From NCBI GenBank assembly GCA_964016885.1, contig OZ024754.1:806001-870000 (forward strand): a stretch of DNA of 64,000 nt, given 5' to 3'. The notes beneath the pieces were generated by a model that saw only the letters and a list, made by a program, of their open reading frames with translations, was not told where the DNA came from and did no database searches. Position numbers and translations under genes: made by a program. Shown one piece after another: positions 26,210 to 38,383 of this stretch (positions within the stretch are counted from its first letter, which is position 1; each line of letters starts with the position of its first letter). This DNA comes from Eledone cirrhosa. Its lineage: Eukaryota.

Positions 26210-26865
26210 TAATATGAATAATGAAAATATTGTGTACAGTGCTCAGGTGCACTACAACTCATCAAAAAGTGTATGTATAGTACATAGGGTAATGTACAAA
26301 CGTCAGGAAAATGAACAGTGCATGAGTCATGATATACACGTGTGCATGTGTATGGAAGGGGTACATCAGGTGTAGTTTTGGCGAATTTCGGGAAGGATGC
26401 AGTGTCTCGGTAGCTAACAAGTGATGCAGGCAGTTTGTTCCATGCTTCAGCAACTCTAAGTGTGAAAAATGTTTCCGAAAGTCATGCTGTTTTCTGATTT
26501 AGTAGGCATATCCACGTGTGTTAGACACATGGAGATCAAAAAGGTGCTCAGGGTTGTTGTTGGTGAGATGGTTAATAACTTTGTGGGTGTTTACCAAGTC
26601 TATTGCCATACGTCGGAGCTTCAATGAATCCCATGCCCAGGGAAGCAAGGCGTTCAGAGTATGGTAGGTGTCTGATGGAGGGTATGCGCTTGGTTGCACG
26701 TCTCTGAACAGTTTCCAGGAGGTCAATGTTCTGAGCTGATGATGCGAATTCCAAGTGTGGTCGTACCATAGCTGTATAGAGCTTTAAATAGATGGCTGGA
26801 GAGCGGCTAACAAAGGTCTTGCTGAGTGATGCCAAGACACCCTCGGCCTTCTTGACAATCTTATA
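26210..26865 (-). mobile_element. CR1-clade LINE 3' fragment
   Basis: LYTAMVRPHLEFASS..LLETVQRRATKRIP..LPYSERLASLG is the CR1 RT C-terminus, followed by 3' UTR. Confidence 0.88.
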
Positions 26866-27278
26866 TAATGCTGCCAATATATATAATGTTGCTAATATAT
26901 TTCATTTTCATTTTTTCATTTTACGTTCGCTTTTTCCCTGCTTGCAAGGGTGGGACGGGAACTGATTCTGGCTTGATTTCTACAGCTGGATGCCCTTCCT
27001 AACACCAACCTCATTTACAGTGAGTGCTGGGTGCTTTTTTGCCGTGGCACCTCCACGATGACGTTGCAGTGGAATGATATGGACCCCAGTCCCTATCATC
27101 TCATTTCTACAATTGAGTAAACTGGAGCAATGTGAAATAAAATGTTTTGCTCAAGGAAACAACACATCACCCGGTCTGAGAATTGAACTCACAACCTTTC
27201 AATTGCAAGGCCAATGCTCTAACCATATATATATATAAAATGTTGCTAATATATATAATGTTGCTAATATATATATAA

Positions 27279-27474
27279 CTAGCAGATGTACCCGGCGTTG
27301 CTTGGGAAATGAATTGTTCAAGGTCGTTTATGGCTTAGCTAGCAATTTCTGAGTGCATGTCAGCTAATTGGCTAGCCAATGAGAGGTCGCCTCAATAGCA
27401 CGTGCCAAATCGGCCTAGTACTTCAAAAGTTAAAAGGACCTAGTATTTATACACACAGATACACACACGAAATC

Positions 27475-27514
<40 letters not shown>

Positions 27515-27655
27515 CAAAACCTGCTCTGGCATATAAGCAATACGTGTGCCAAATTTGGTTGAAATCGGCCTAGTACTTCAAAAGTTAAAAGGAGCCTAGT
27601 ATTTGTAGACAGACAGACACACACACAGACCGACTTGCTTTTATATATATATAGA
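27279..27655 (-). mobile_element. Non-autonomous Helitron
   Basis: Reverse complement of the 22223-22572 family; internal duplication and long poly-T. Confidence 0.8.
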
Positions 27656-27829
27656 CAGGGCCAGCAATTACTCAGTACATTACTGGTACTTTATTTTATC
27701 GACCCCGTGAGGATGAAAGGCAAAGTTAACCTCGGCGGTATTTGAACTCGGACCGTAAAGGGACGTAACTCCATGCTATGAAGCATGGTGTCCGACTCTC
27801 TACAGATTCTGCCAATCCACCGCCCTAAT

Positions 27830-28094
27830 GTCTGTACGTAATGAGGGAGTGAGAGGGGAGAGAAAGAAAGGCAGAGGTGAAGTGACGAAGTGACTCTCTC
27901 CTCCTTTTCCTCCATCTCCCCATTCGTCACAGCGATAGAGGGGAGGAATGTTAGTGTGTTACAAAGAGAAAGAGTGAGAGAAACAGACTAAAAGAGAGGG
28001 ATAGCTGGAGAGAGAGAGATAGCAACAGATACAGTACAGTAGCTAAGGGATGTATATATATTTCTGTGTATATATATATACATTTCTGTGTGTA

Positions 28095-28129
<35 letters not shown>

Positions 28130-28155
28130 GAAATATATATACATTTCTGTATGTG

Positions 28156-28193
<38 letters not shown>

Positions 28194-28216
28194 CCACGGA
28201 AATATATATATATTTC

Positions 28217-28247
<31 letters not shown>

Positions 28248-28520
28248 TACACACACAGAAATGTATATATGTTTCTGTAGCACTCCTCAATTCCCCCCTC
28301 TCTCCTTCCCGCTATCCCCCTCTTGTAGTCTGTCTCTTTCTTTCACTCTCTCTCTCTCCCTCTCTCCCTCCCGCTATCCCCCTCTCGTAGTTGGTCTCTT
28401 TCTTTCACTCTCTCTCTCTCTACGCATGCACAAAAAACATTTGCACGCACACACGTGTTTCCACTGTCGGACAGACAGATAGACAAACAGAGAAATTGCT
28501 GGTTATATATTATAAGGAGA
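27830..28520 (-). repeat. Helitron-like element containing (TA)n / ACACACAGAAAT..ATTTCTGTGTGT palindromic minisatellite
   Basis: Minus-strand 5' end TCTCCTTATAATATATAACC; same minisatellite follows the CTAG hairpin at 7749-7880. Confidence 0.55.
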
Positions 28521-28540
28521 TGTTGCTAATATATATATAT

Positions 28541-28727
28541 ATTTGTTTCTACTTTTGGCACAAGGTCAGCAATTAACCAGTATATTACTGGTACTTTATT
28601 TTATCGACCCCATAAGGATGAAAGGCAAAGTTAACCTCGGCGGGATTTGAACTCAGAATGGCAAGGGCCATAATTCTATGCGTCAAAGCATGGCGCCCGA
28701 CCCTCTACCGATACTGCCAATCCACCG
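28541..28727 (-). mobile_element. tRNA-derived SINE
   Basis: Family consensus. Confidence 0.85.
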
Positions 28728-29100
28728 ATATATAATGTTGTTAATCATGATTAAATATGGTTTGGTTCTTTTCTCCTTAAATAAGAAAATATATTGAAAA
28801 TTCAGATAAAAATTCTGATAAAATTCTATGACAATTAAGTATTTATCCAATTTTTATGCTTGGCTTAGTTCTTTCCTCTAATTTTGGCAGCAGGCAGTGG
28901 ATTGGTAGAAGCAGTGTAGTGTCGGACAAAAAAGCTTGTGTTATTCCATTTCTTTGCATTTTGAGTAGAAATCTCACCAAAGTCCACTTTTATGTTTCTG
29001 CTCCACTTTCATGTTTCGGGGTTAATAATCTATCTATGAAAAAACATTTCAAATTTTTAACCAAGTTTCATATTATTGTCTTTTTTGTTATTTTTTACAG

Positions 29101-29195
29101 GTACTGATGAAGCAGCAATTATTAAAATTATGTCATCACATAGTAATCAACAACGACAAGAAATAGAAAAAGTATTCAAAACAATGTATGGAAAG
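29101..29195 (+). CDS. Annexin exon 3 (GTDEAAIIKIMSSHSNQQRQEIEKVFKTMYGK)
   Basis: CAG/GT boundaries, 95 nt, phase-compatible. Confidence 0.95.
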
Positions 29196-30278
29196 GTATG
29201 AACAATTAATTACTACTATTTATGGTTGGCTGATAAGGTGTTGGACTTACGATCATAATGTCGTGGGTTCAATTCACATTGCGCCAGTATACTCAACTGA
29301 AAATGAGTACCAGCAATAGCTGGGGGTTTAACCTTTTGATGGACTGGTGTCCTGTCCAGGAGTGAGTCTTGTACTCTCAGTCACTTCGTGCCATGGGAAC
29401 TGGGATAAGTACTCGTCTGATGAGCCTTCAGTCTCGAGACAGACTTTAGACTTAACTTTAACATGTTTGTGTAAGGGTTGGGGATTGGCTGATAAAATGT
29501 ACCAAGTACACTCTGTAAATAAAGTGGATGGTGTTAGAAAGGGCATCTATCCATAGAAATCATGCCAAAAAATGTAGTGGTGGTAGTGGAATCAATTAAC
29601 TATACCTGTCCCTTCAAAAACCCGTTATCATCATCATCATCATATGGGTTAGATGGGTTGTTATTGTCCAAGACAAGACATGATCATCATCATTGTTTAA
29701 CGTCTATCTTCCACGCTAGCATGGGTTAGACGGGAGTTGTCCCACTTGAGGTAAGATTGGTCGAGTGACCATGTCTCACTCGTATAGGACTACCTGGCAG
29801 GTTTTTTACGGCTGGATGCCCTTCCTCACACCAACCACATTTACAGTGTGGACTGGGAACTTTTTACCGTGTTACCTACACGACCACATTACAGCATTGA
29901 CTGTTTTTTTTTGTTGTGACACCTACACAATCTCATTAGTTTTGACTGGATGTTGTGGTACCAACGTAACTTTATAGAGAAAGGGTGGTGTTGCAGGAGT
30001 GGGAGGATGGAGTAGGGGTAGTGGGTTGGGGTGAATGTTTGGTTTTGAGGGCCCTACTGACTGTAGGTTAACTTTGCATGTAGGGAAGGTGGGTCTTCTG
30101 TATTACTGTGTGGCGCCAAAGATCTCGCAGATAACCATATCTTTTTATGTTTCTATGAGTTTTGCTATAACAGAATTCAGTGTTTTAATTGTTTACAAGA
30201 TTAAAAAAATTAATTTTCAGATGTTACCAAATAATTTAAATACTTAAAGCAATTTGTATTTTCTTTTCATTTTTGAAG

Positions 30279-30392
30279 GATCTTCGAAAGGAAATAAAAT
30301 CTGAGATTGGAGGACATTTTGAGGATGTTATTATTGCTCTTATGGATCCACCACGGGTCTATGATGCAAAAGAACTCAAACGTGCAATGAAG
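30279..30392 (+). CDS. Annexin exon 4 (DLRKEIKSEIGGHFEDVIIALMDPPRVYDAKELKRAMK)
   Basis: AG/GTAAG boundaries, 114 nt. Confidence 0.95.
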
Positions 30393-30909
30393 GTAAGATT
30401 CTTTATATTATTGCCGTTTTTCATGTATTATAGTTTGCTTGAAGAATTATGTAAAGTGGATGTGGGGCGAGGGGCCAGTGATCAGAGTTCACAGGCCTTT
30501 CACGCTCTCTTTGGTCAGGGCGCAGTACTATGTGGGCGTACATGTTCATGAGTGCGATGTTTGTGTGTGAGAGACTCCCTGTATTTTTTTGCCGGACATA
30601 AAACAAATGAATATCCACACAGGGAGATTCAGTCTGTACTCGAGAGGAGACGCAAAGGTAGGTCTCTATGCTTCCTTATGACACTGCTTTTTGTTGTGAC
30701 ACCTTCACGACCACTTTACAGTGTCGACTGGGTGCTTTTTGTCAGGACACCCACATGACCACTTTACAGTGTGGGCTGGGTGCTTCTTGTTATGACACCT
30801 ACACGACCACTTTACAGTATGGACTGCGTGCTTTTTGTCATGTGTATCTATTTGAGAAACGAGTATTAAATTTGAAAATCATTTTACTAAAACCAAATAA
30901 TTATTTCAG

Positions 30910-31000
30910 GGTGCTGGTACTGATGAAGAGGCTCTGATAGAGATTCTTCTTACTCGGGATAATTGTGAGATTGCAGAGATTAAACAACATTTCAAGAAAT
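30910..31000 (+). CDS. Annexin exon 5 (GAGTDEEALIEILLTRDNCEIAEIKQHFKK)
   Basis: CAG/GTAAGT boundaries, 91 nt, GAGTDE motif. Confidence 0.95.
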
Positions 31001-31190
31001 GTAAGTATACATATGTAAGAAACTTTGAGGAATTATATTTATTTGTTGGTGTCAAATTTTGTGCTGAACTGTCTAGGATCTGGTCACTGTTAACTTTACT
31101 GCATACATATCATTAAAGAATGAGGATGCAGAGTCATATAGTAGATTGGACCAAGCTCCAGTGTAAAACTTAAGATTATATGCTGATATC

Positions 31191-31419
31191 CTTGGCCAGA
31201 TTTAATGAGGTGCAAAGGGGGCAATTACCTGGGCACCCTGCAGTGGGGGGCCCTACCAGTGACGGCCGTAGCAATTTATTTGTACTCTCAGCTAGGCTTT
31301 TTAGTTTTAGGGTGGTTAGAATTTTTTTATTTAATACCTGTATGTATAACTTTTCAATTCCAATTACTTGCACCAAGCTAACTTTGATATGTAAAATTGA
31401 GGGTTTTGCTGTGTATGAG

Positions 31420-31455
<36 letters not shown>

Positions 31456-31511
31456 CCTGAAGTACTCCGGGCCCCCCAAGGTCTAAAATTTAGACTCTAA
31501 ATCCAACCCTG
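31191..31511 (+). mobile_element. hAT-type MITE
   Basis: 8-bp TSD CTGATATC at 31183-31190 and 31512-31519; imperfect TIRs. Confidence 0.8.
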
Positions 31512-31833
31512 CTGATATCTATGACTGAATATTTCTAGATCTGATTAAATTTCATAATTGAGATCTGATTTATTTTTTAAATTCTTAACATCCTGTAATG
31601 TTTTAGCAGAAAATATCTAAAACTGGATTTGTTAGTTCACATGAATTGGGTTGGGATCTTTACTAGTGGACAGATTGTTGGAAAATGTTCATGTGATGCA
31701 CTCATAGCGTTGTTTTGTATTTTTCTAGAATATCTTGCTAATGCAGATTCTTGTGTACAAGACGTTAAGAAGTAAACCAGGTTATTTGATTTCAACATAA
31801 ATGTAACTGTTTCATATTCTTTTAATATTTCAG

Positions 31834-31982
31834 TATATGGTGATGAACTGGAAGATGCCATTATTTCAGAGACTAGTGGTCATTTGAAACGTTTCCTTGT
31901 TTCTCAGACTACTTGCTCTCGCAGCACTGACATGAATGTTGATGGTGCCCTTGCTAACAAGGATGCACAAGAACTTTATGAT
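31834..31982 (+). CDS. Annexin exon 6 (LYGDELEDAIISETSGHLKRFLVSQ..DAQELYD)
   Basis: CAG/GTAAT boundaries, 149 nt. Confidence 0.95.
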
Positions 31983-32441
31983 GTAATTATGCTGTTTTTG
32001 TGTTCTTTTGAATCTATTATTTCTACATTTATTTGTTTATTGAATTAAAACGTCCGTATAGAGCTAGTAAGCCATGACAGACTAGATGAAGTATCAAGTA
32101 GTCCTTACAATTGATAATCAAAAAGAGTTAGTGAGACGATTAATCAACTGACCATCATGCCAAACAAAGAGTTGAGAGGATTCCTCAATTGTGCCAAGGA
32201 CATGACAACCTCCCTAGTGGTGGCACCATGGTAATATGTATTCAGGACATTCCTGCAGACATCTAAGAAAGATGTTTTGGGATTGGGATAGATGGAGGGT
32301 TGGGTGGTGTTGTGATGGTATTGATGGCAATAATTAATATGACACTTTTTATATGAAATCAATTATTTACTTAAAACAACAAAAAACAAAAACAAAAAAA
32401 AGAATTGATAATAATGTTTCCAAACTAATTTGTTTCTAAAG

Positions 32442-32619
32442 GCAGGAGAAGGTAAATTTGGAACCGATGAGTCTGTGTTTAATAAAGTATTGAGTATTCG
32501 AAGCAAACCACAGTTGATTGCTACTTTTGCTGCTTATGAAACAATTTCTAACAAAGATATTATGGATAGCATTCAGCGAGAATGTTCTGGAGATTTGAAG
32601 AAAGCATACTTAACCATTG
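32442..32619 (+). CDS. Annexin exon 7 (AGEGKFGTDESVFNKVL..RECSGDLKKAYLTI)
   Basis: AAG/GTAAG boundaries, 178 nt, repeat-3 motif. Confidence 0.95.
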
Positions 32620-33028
32620 GTAAGATATTTTTTTATTTATATTCATGATGGAGGTGGTGAATTGGCAGTGTCATTATAACATGAGATAGAATGCTTTGTG
32701 GTATTTGTTCTGACTCTCTACACTCTGAGTTCAAAACTTACCAAGGTTAATTTTGCTTGTCATCCTTTTGAAGTCGATAAAAAAAACTGGGGTCGATTCT
32801 TCCTCTATATTTCTTCCTCATTTTCTCTCTCTGGAAGAAATTGTCTGTGTTGCAACCTGGAGAAGGATAGGTTATGCCAAGTTTAAAATACACACTAGGG
32901 CACCCCTACAACTCCATTAAGAGTTATGGGATCATACAAACAACCATACATACATTTGGATAACATTCAACAAGATTTGAATCCAGAGTTACTAATTTAT
33001 TGACTATTTTCTCTTTATTTCATTGTAG

Positions 33029-33141
33029 TGAAAAGTATCAGAGAGATGCATACCTTCTTTTCTGAAAGTTTGTATTATTCCATGAAAGGCGCTGGTACTA
33101 ATGATAATACTTTGATCCGAATTATTGTTAGTCGTTCAGAG
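33029..33141 (+). CDS. Annexin exon 8 ([38 protein letters not shown])
   Basis: TAG/GTTGGT boundaries, 113 nt. Confidence 0.95.
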
Positions 33142-33229
33142 GTTGGTAGATTTTAAAATAAAACAAATACTTTGCTTGTTGTTTATATTTATTTTTCTAT
33201 TTTAGATTGTCATATGTGAAGCTTAGGAT

Positions 33230-33411
33230 CAGTGCCAGATTTAGGACAAAGGAGGCCATGTGCTAGTTAAGTTATGAGGCCTCTTATGTGGGCCCTGAAG
33301 AAGGTAGGCCTACACAGGCAGTCAGGCATACATGCTCAGGAAGATGGGTCCCTCTGGCCAACAGGGCTCTGTGCTTAAGCACATCTAAGCACAGTGGTAA
33401 ATCCAACACTA
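33230..33411. mobile_element. hAT-type MITE
   Basis: TIRs CAGTGCCAGATTTA / TAAATCCAACACTA; 8-bp TSD CTTAGGAT. Confidence 0.8.
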
Positions 33412-33601
33412 CTTAGGATGTCAAAATATATAAACTTCAAGAACAATTTATTTTAGTATTTGACAGTTTGCCTAGCTTGTTGATATATTAACCGTTTTGC
33501 TACCATATTTCTAATGAAATACACTGCCTATAATTTTCAAATATATTTGAAAATTATCAAGAATTTGGAAGGATTTAATAACATCATTTTCTCATTATTA
33601 A

Positions 33602-33795
33602 GGTGGTGGATTTGCAGTATCAATAGAGGCTTGGACGCCATGCTTTGCAGCATAGAGTTACGGCCCTTTACGATCTGAGTTCAAATCCTGCCGAGGTTAA
33701 CTTTGTCTTTCATCCTTACGGGGTTGATAAAATAAAGCACCAGTAATGCACTGGGGTAATTGCTGGCCTTATGCCAAAAAGTAGAAACACTTATT
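33602..33795 (+). mobile_element. tRNA-derived SINE
   Basis: Family consensus. Confidence 0.85.
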
Positions 33796-33981
33796 GTGCT
33801 GGTTTTTGGAACATAATTTGTAAACCAAACAATGCATCCAATATAATCATTTTCTCTTCTACCGGTCTTTTCTTATCTAGGCGAAGAAGCTGGGTACCTC
33901 AGTTAGTTGATAATAATAGAGCTTCTCTTTCATAGATGTCATTTATTACATATTTGTTTTGTCTTTATCTCTCTCTTGCAG

Positions 33982-34113
33982 ATTGACATGGTCCAGATTA
34001 AAGAGAAATTCAATGAAGTTTTAGGTAAAACATTAGGCAGCTTCATCAGAGGTGATTGTAGTGGTGATTACAAGAAAGTTCTTTTGGCTCTCGTTGGAGA
34101 ACCACTGAAGTAA
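33982..34113 (+). CDS. Annexin exon 9, terminal (IDMVQIKEKF..GDCSGDYKKVLLALVGEPLK*)
   Basis: CAG acceptor, TAA stop; AATAAA at 34115 and 34375; spliced CDS is 951 nt = 316 aa. Confidence 0.95.
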   Translation: MDMVQIKEKFNEVLGKTLGSFIRGDCSGDYKKVLLALVGEPLK

Positions 34114-37100
34114 AAATAAATCCAGCCTTTTATATCTCCATAAACTTATACTTAAGTTTTGTTTGTCAATATCTGCTGGTACTGGCTGTTTTCTTTTTTG
34201 TTTTGCAATTATTACTGCTCCTAATATATTAAAATCTTTCATATATATCTCTTATATATCCATCACATTCTCATTAAATAAATAACTTTTCTTTAAAATT
34301 CCTTATTTTTCTGAAAAACATTGCATTTATTGAATCTTAATTGAGCCATTATTAGAAATTTACAGTAATATTTCAATAAACTATTCCTTTAGCTTATTGT
34401 TTGGTGTTGAGTTGTTTTTACTTTTCTTTTGTGGTGGATTTAATCTGTTGTCACCTAGCCATTGGGTACCTTCAGCAGACTCCACTCTGTTGCATGCATT
34501 GGAAGACTTGCACCAAGTTTTGGAGTGTTGATAAACAATTATGCCCTTCCTCCTGATTAAGTGATAAAAAAAGATTAATTTGGTAAAGTGGGATAAAAAA
34601 ATTAAGAGATTTACCCTGCTTTTGAAACATATTGTACCAGGAAGTTTCTGAGTTACTTCAACTGATTATATTGCAGTGTAATCTTACCTCTTATATGTCT
34701 ATCTGGTTTTAATTGTTGCCACTAGTGCACTTGACACACATACATGTATAACATATCTCCTATCACCTTCTCACTTCATCACAGACTGAAGTAAATGATA
34801 GTGAAAGAGGATAACTGTTTGTGAGAGGGGGTGACAAGTAGTCTATATCTGTGTACCTGTAACAATGTGAGAGCAGGAAGGAATGATAGAATGTCTTTAT
34901 GGTAGAGATAGAGGGAAAGAGAGAATGAGAGACAAAGTGGTTGGTGATAAGAAGGGCATTCAGCTATAAAAATCTTGTCAAACAAAGGGTTGGGGGGACC
35001 CTCACTTGTGTCAAAGACACGACAACCTCTCCTGAGCAGTCGATTGAATGTAAGACCGTACATAAGAAAGACACAGATCTCTGACCTTACTGAGAGATCA
35101 GTGGCTCCACTTCAGTACTGACCTGGTGTGTATGGACCCAGCCAACCCTTGCTAGCAGGGAAAGATGTTAAAACGATGATGGTATATACGTCTGTGTGTC
35201 TGTTTTGCTGTTTACTGTTTTTGTTCTGTACATTAGCAGTTCAACAAAAAGAGATTGATAAAGTAAGTACGAGATTGAAAAAATAAGTACTGGGTTTAAT
35301 ATGATCAGCTAAATTCCTTTAAGACAGTGTCCCAGGATGGCCACAGTCTAATATCTGAAACCAGTAAAAGAGTAATTGCTAATAAGTAGTCGTGTCCTAT
35401 AACTTTTTAGGACATTGCTAATTAATTCATCGTCATGTTTATCATGTAGTATTATTTCAAGTGAAATTATTACACTTGGTTTCTCTTTTCTTGTTTCCTG
35501 GACCATGAAACAATGTCAACCAAGTGTTGCAAGTAAACAAGAATTTTTCTATCCCTGAGGTAACAAACAAATGCTCGATTTGTTTTGGTCGATCTCGTTA
35601 TAAAGAAATTTTCGTTATAACAAATTTTTTTTTTTATCCCTTGAATTTCATTATAATGGAATTTCATTGTATACACTGACTTATTGCTGGTGACGTAATA
35701 GTAAGTAGGTAGATAAATAGCCTTTAACTCTTATGTTGTGGGCATTTCAAACCTGGTGGAACCCCTCCTTTCAGAGAGGTGGGGTTCCAGGAACTTTATT
35801 TATCAATGGAGGGCAAAGTTGATTAGGGAGGGGTGGGGCACTGAAAGCGCAGTGAGCTGGAACAAATAATATAGCATATTTATTTCGATGCTCTAACAAC
35901 TCTACCAATTTACCACCTTAGAAAGTTAAAAATATTTCAAAATGTTATAAAGCTGTTAAACAAGATTCAGGGACCAAGTCCGAGAGAAAGACTAACATGG
36001 AGACAGTTACTGACCACTTCCTTCTTCTTTGGCGCCTGCTTATTCCTGAGAAGGTAGTGAGGGAAGACTTCTCAAACACTCCTTCCAGCTAATTTCTTCT
36101 GAAAGAGAGAGAGAATCAACTGCAGTACTTTATGGACGACAAAAGGTAAAGGTGACCATGGTGGGATTTGAACTCAGTGCCTAGGGGATCAGAACATATA
36201 CCACAAAACATTATATAATATTTTAATGACTGTCAATTGCTGTCTACATTAAACTATAGATGTAATTCAATTTATTCTGTCCAAACTCATGTTAGATAGT
36301 ACACTCTAAGTCAAGGATCTTTCCTCTTATTTTAAATAAACTAAATTTATATCTATATTTTTTTTTATGGTTGGTCAATCAATGATAAACATTGATTGCC
36401 AGCTGAATTAATTATAGAAATATAAAATATACTGAATCAATGCCAACCAAACAGTGAGTGTGTTTTACTATATATTTCTGGCAATATTATAACATGATCC
36501 TCCCAAAATATAACTAAATTTTACATTTAATGTAAATACATCTAGTTTGGTAAATAAATATTGTTATGAGTGACATAGAATTTCAGATTCTCAGAGGTTA
36601 ATCTGAAAGTAGAGGACATTTGAATCTAATTTGAAACAAGGGTACATTTAAACTGAGAAGATATAAAAGATATATTACCAAGGGTGAAAGAAAAGGTTAG
36701 AGTTCAAATGTTGGTGTGAAGGTCAGATAGAATTTGCTGAAATGTCTAAGAAAGAAATTTACTTGAAATAACAAAAGGAATAAAATGTAACTAATTTTTT
36801 TGTAGAGTGAACTGGGTAGAACAATTCCTAAATTGCTATCTAATCAGTTCATATCAACTCAAATTACAACCAATTATAAAAAGCTGTAATAGTTTCTACA
36901 GAGTTCTATCATATTGCTGGCAATGTAATATAAAGCAGTGTATAGAGAATTTCAGTATAAAAATATCCCACAAAAAAAGATAACGAAAAGAAAGGAAAAA
37001 AAAAAAAAAGGCATAATTTTGTTACTAGCTTGTCTGTCTACTTGGTAACTAGTTCAAGTAACCTTTTACAGAACAGAATAATTAGCGGAGTCATTTTAAA

Positions 37101-37606
37101 ATAAAACAACCAATGTTATTTCTCTCCAGCTGCTAACATAGTTTACATAAAGATATATATTTTGAATTACTGTTGACAGATTGCTAGCTAAATGGGTTCA
37201 TAGTTTATGCCAGCATCAGCTTTGTTGTATAGTCACAGCAGCAACATTTAATAAGAGAGTTCAAATTTGTAAAATCTAATATTTCAGCTCTTGACTTGAA
37301 GTAGCAGTGTCACTTCAGCTGTAATTGTAAATATGCAATGTAGGTTGCCACACATCACTGATACAAGCTTATATCAGCTTGAACTGCTGGGTTTAAAACT
37401 GTTGGGGGGCCCAAAAGAAACAATAAGAATTTGCTCCAGTACCATCTAGATCTGAATTGTTGAACAGGACATTTAGATCCAGGTTCTAGTTCTGATTACA
37501 AGTTATATGTGATAGCTGATGGGCAACAAACAACAATGGTACTGTCTTGGTAGAATTCTCACTTAACTATAAAGGATTCCATATGATGGTTTTGAAAGAT
37601 CATTAA

Positions 37607-37800
37607 CCCTTTAGCATTTAAACCAGTTGTGTCTGGCCAGAATTCTTTCACCTCTTTCTGTTCAAACCAGCCACTCATACTGATGTTAAGGTATTGTTCT
37701 CAAAATAAATATCAAATCTCATAGATTCAATATTATGCGTGATAAAGTCTTTACCACGAAAATACAATAGTATATATAGAGTAATGTAAATGCTAAAGGG
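37607..37800 (+). mobile_element. piggyBac-type MITE
   Basis: TIRs CCCTTTAGCATTTA / TAAATGCTAAAGGG. Confidence 0.8.
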
Positions 37801-38383
37801 TTGAGTCAAAATAGATCTGTATGAGGAAGACGTGGGTCATCTGACCTGACTTATAATGTGACAACCTGTCTAACCCATGCAAGTGTGGAAAATGGATGTT
37901 AAATGTTGATGATGATTTCGATTGACTGGTAATTCTTAAGTCTATTAAGCATTTTCTCAGTCACAAATTTGGTTGTTATTCTTGACTTACAAATAGGACA
38001 ACTCCAGATAAATCTTTTCTTTATTATAGACACAGAACCTTATCAAAGACAACCGCACAATAATTAGGATAAGCTCACATCACTGTCATCATCATTTTTT
38101 CATTTTACGTCCGCTTTTCCCTGCTTGCATATATAACTAAATGTAAAAGTTATAATACTAAACAGTGAGTGTTTTACTATATATTTCTGGCAATATTATA
38201 ACAACATGACCCTCCCTGAATATGACCATATTATAATACTAAATTCTAAATTTATTATTTTCAAAATTAACAGAAACACAATGTATTTCATTAGAAATAT
38301 AAAAGAGTTAATAATATAACTAACTATCAATATAATCTCACTGGAAGCTTAAGTGTGAAATTAATCTGATATTTTTATAATAA

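Noticed and set aside
27951-28482. Cluster of YIYI/CVCV ORFs, and similar ones at 41985-42321, 24719 and 63113
   Set aside because: Microsatellite and low-complexity translations
29410-29450. CTGATGAG...GAGAC hammerhead-like motif
   Set aside because: GAAA core is absent; it lies in the 3' tail hairpin of an old SINE
36450-38250. ~80-bp direct duplication (36450-36530 vs 38160-38250)
   Set aside because: No LTR hallmarks or TSD; looks like a small local duplication
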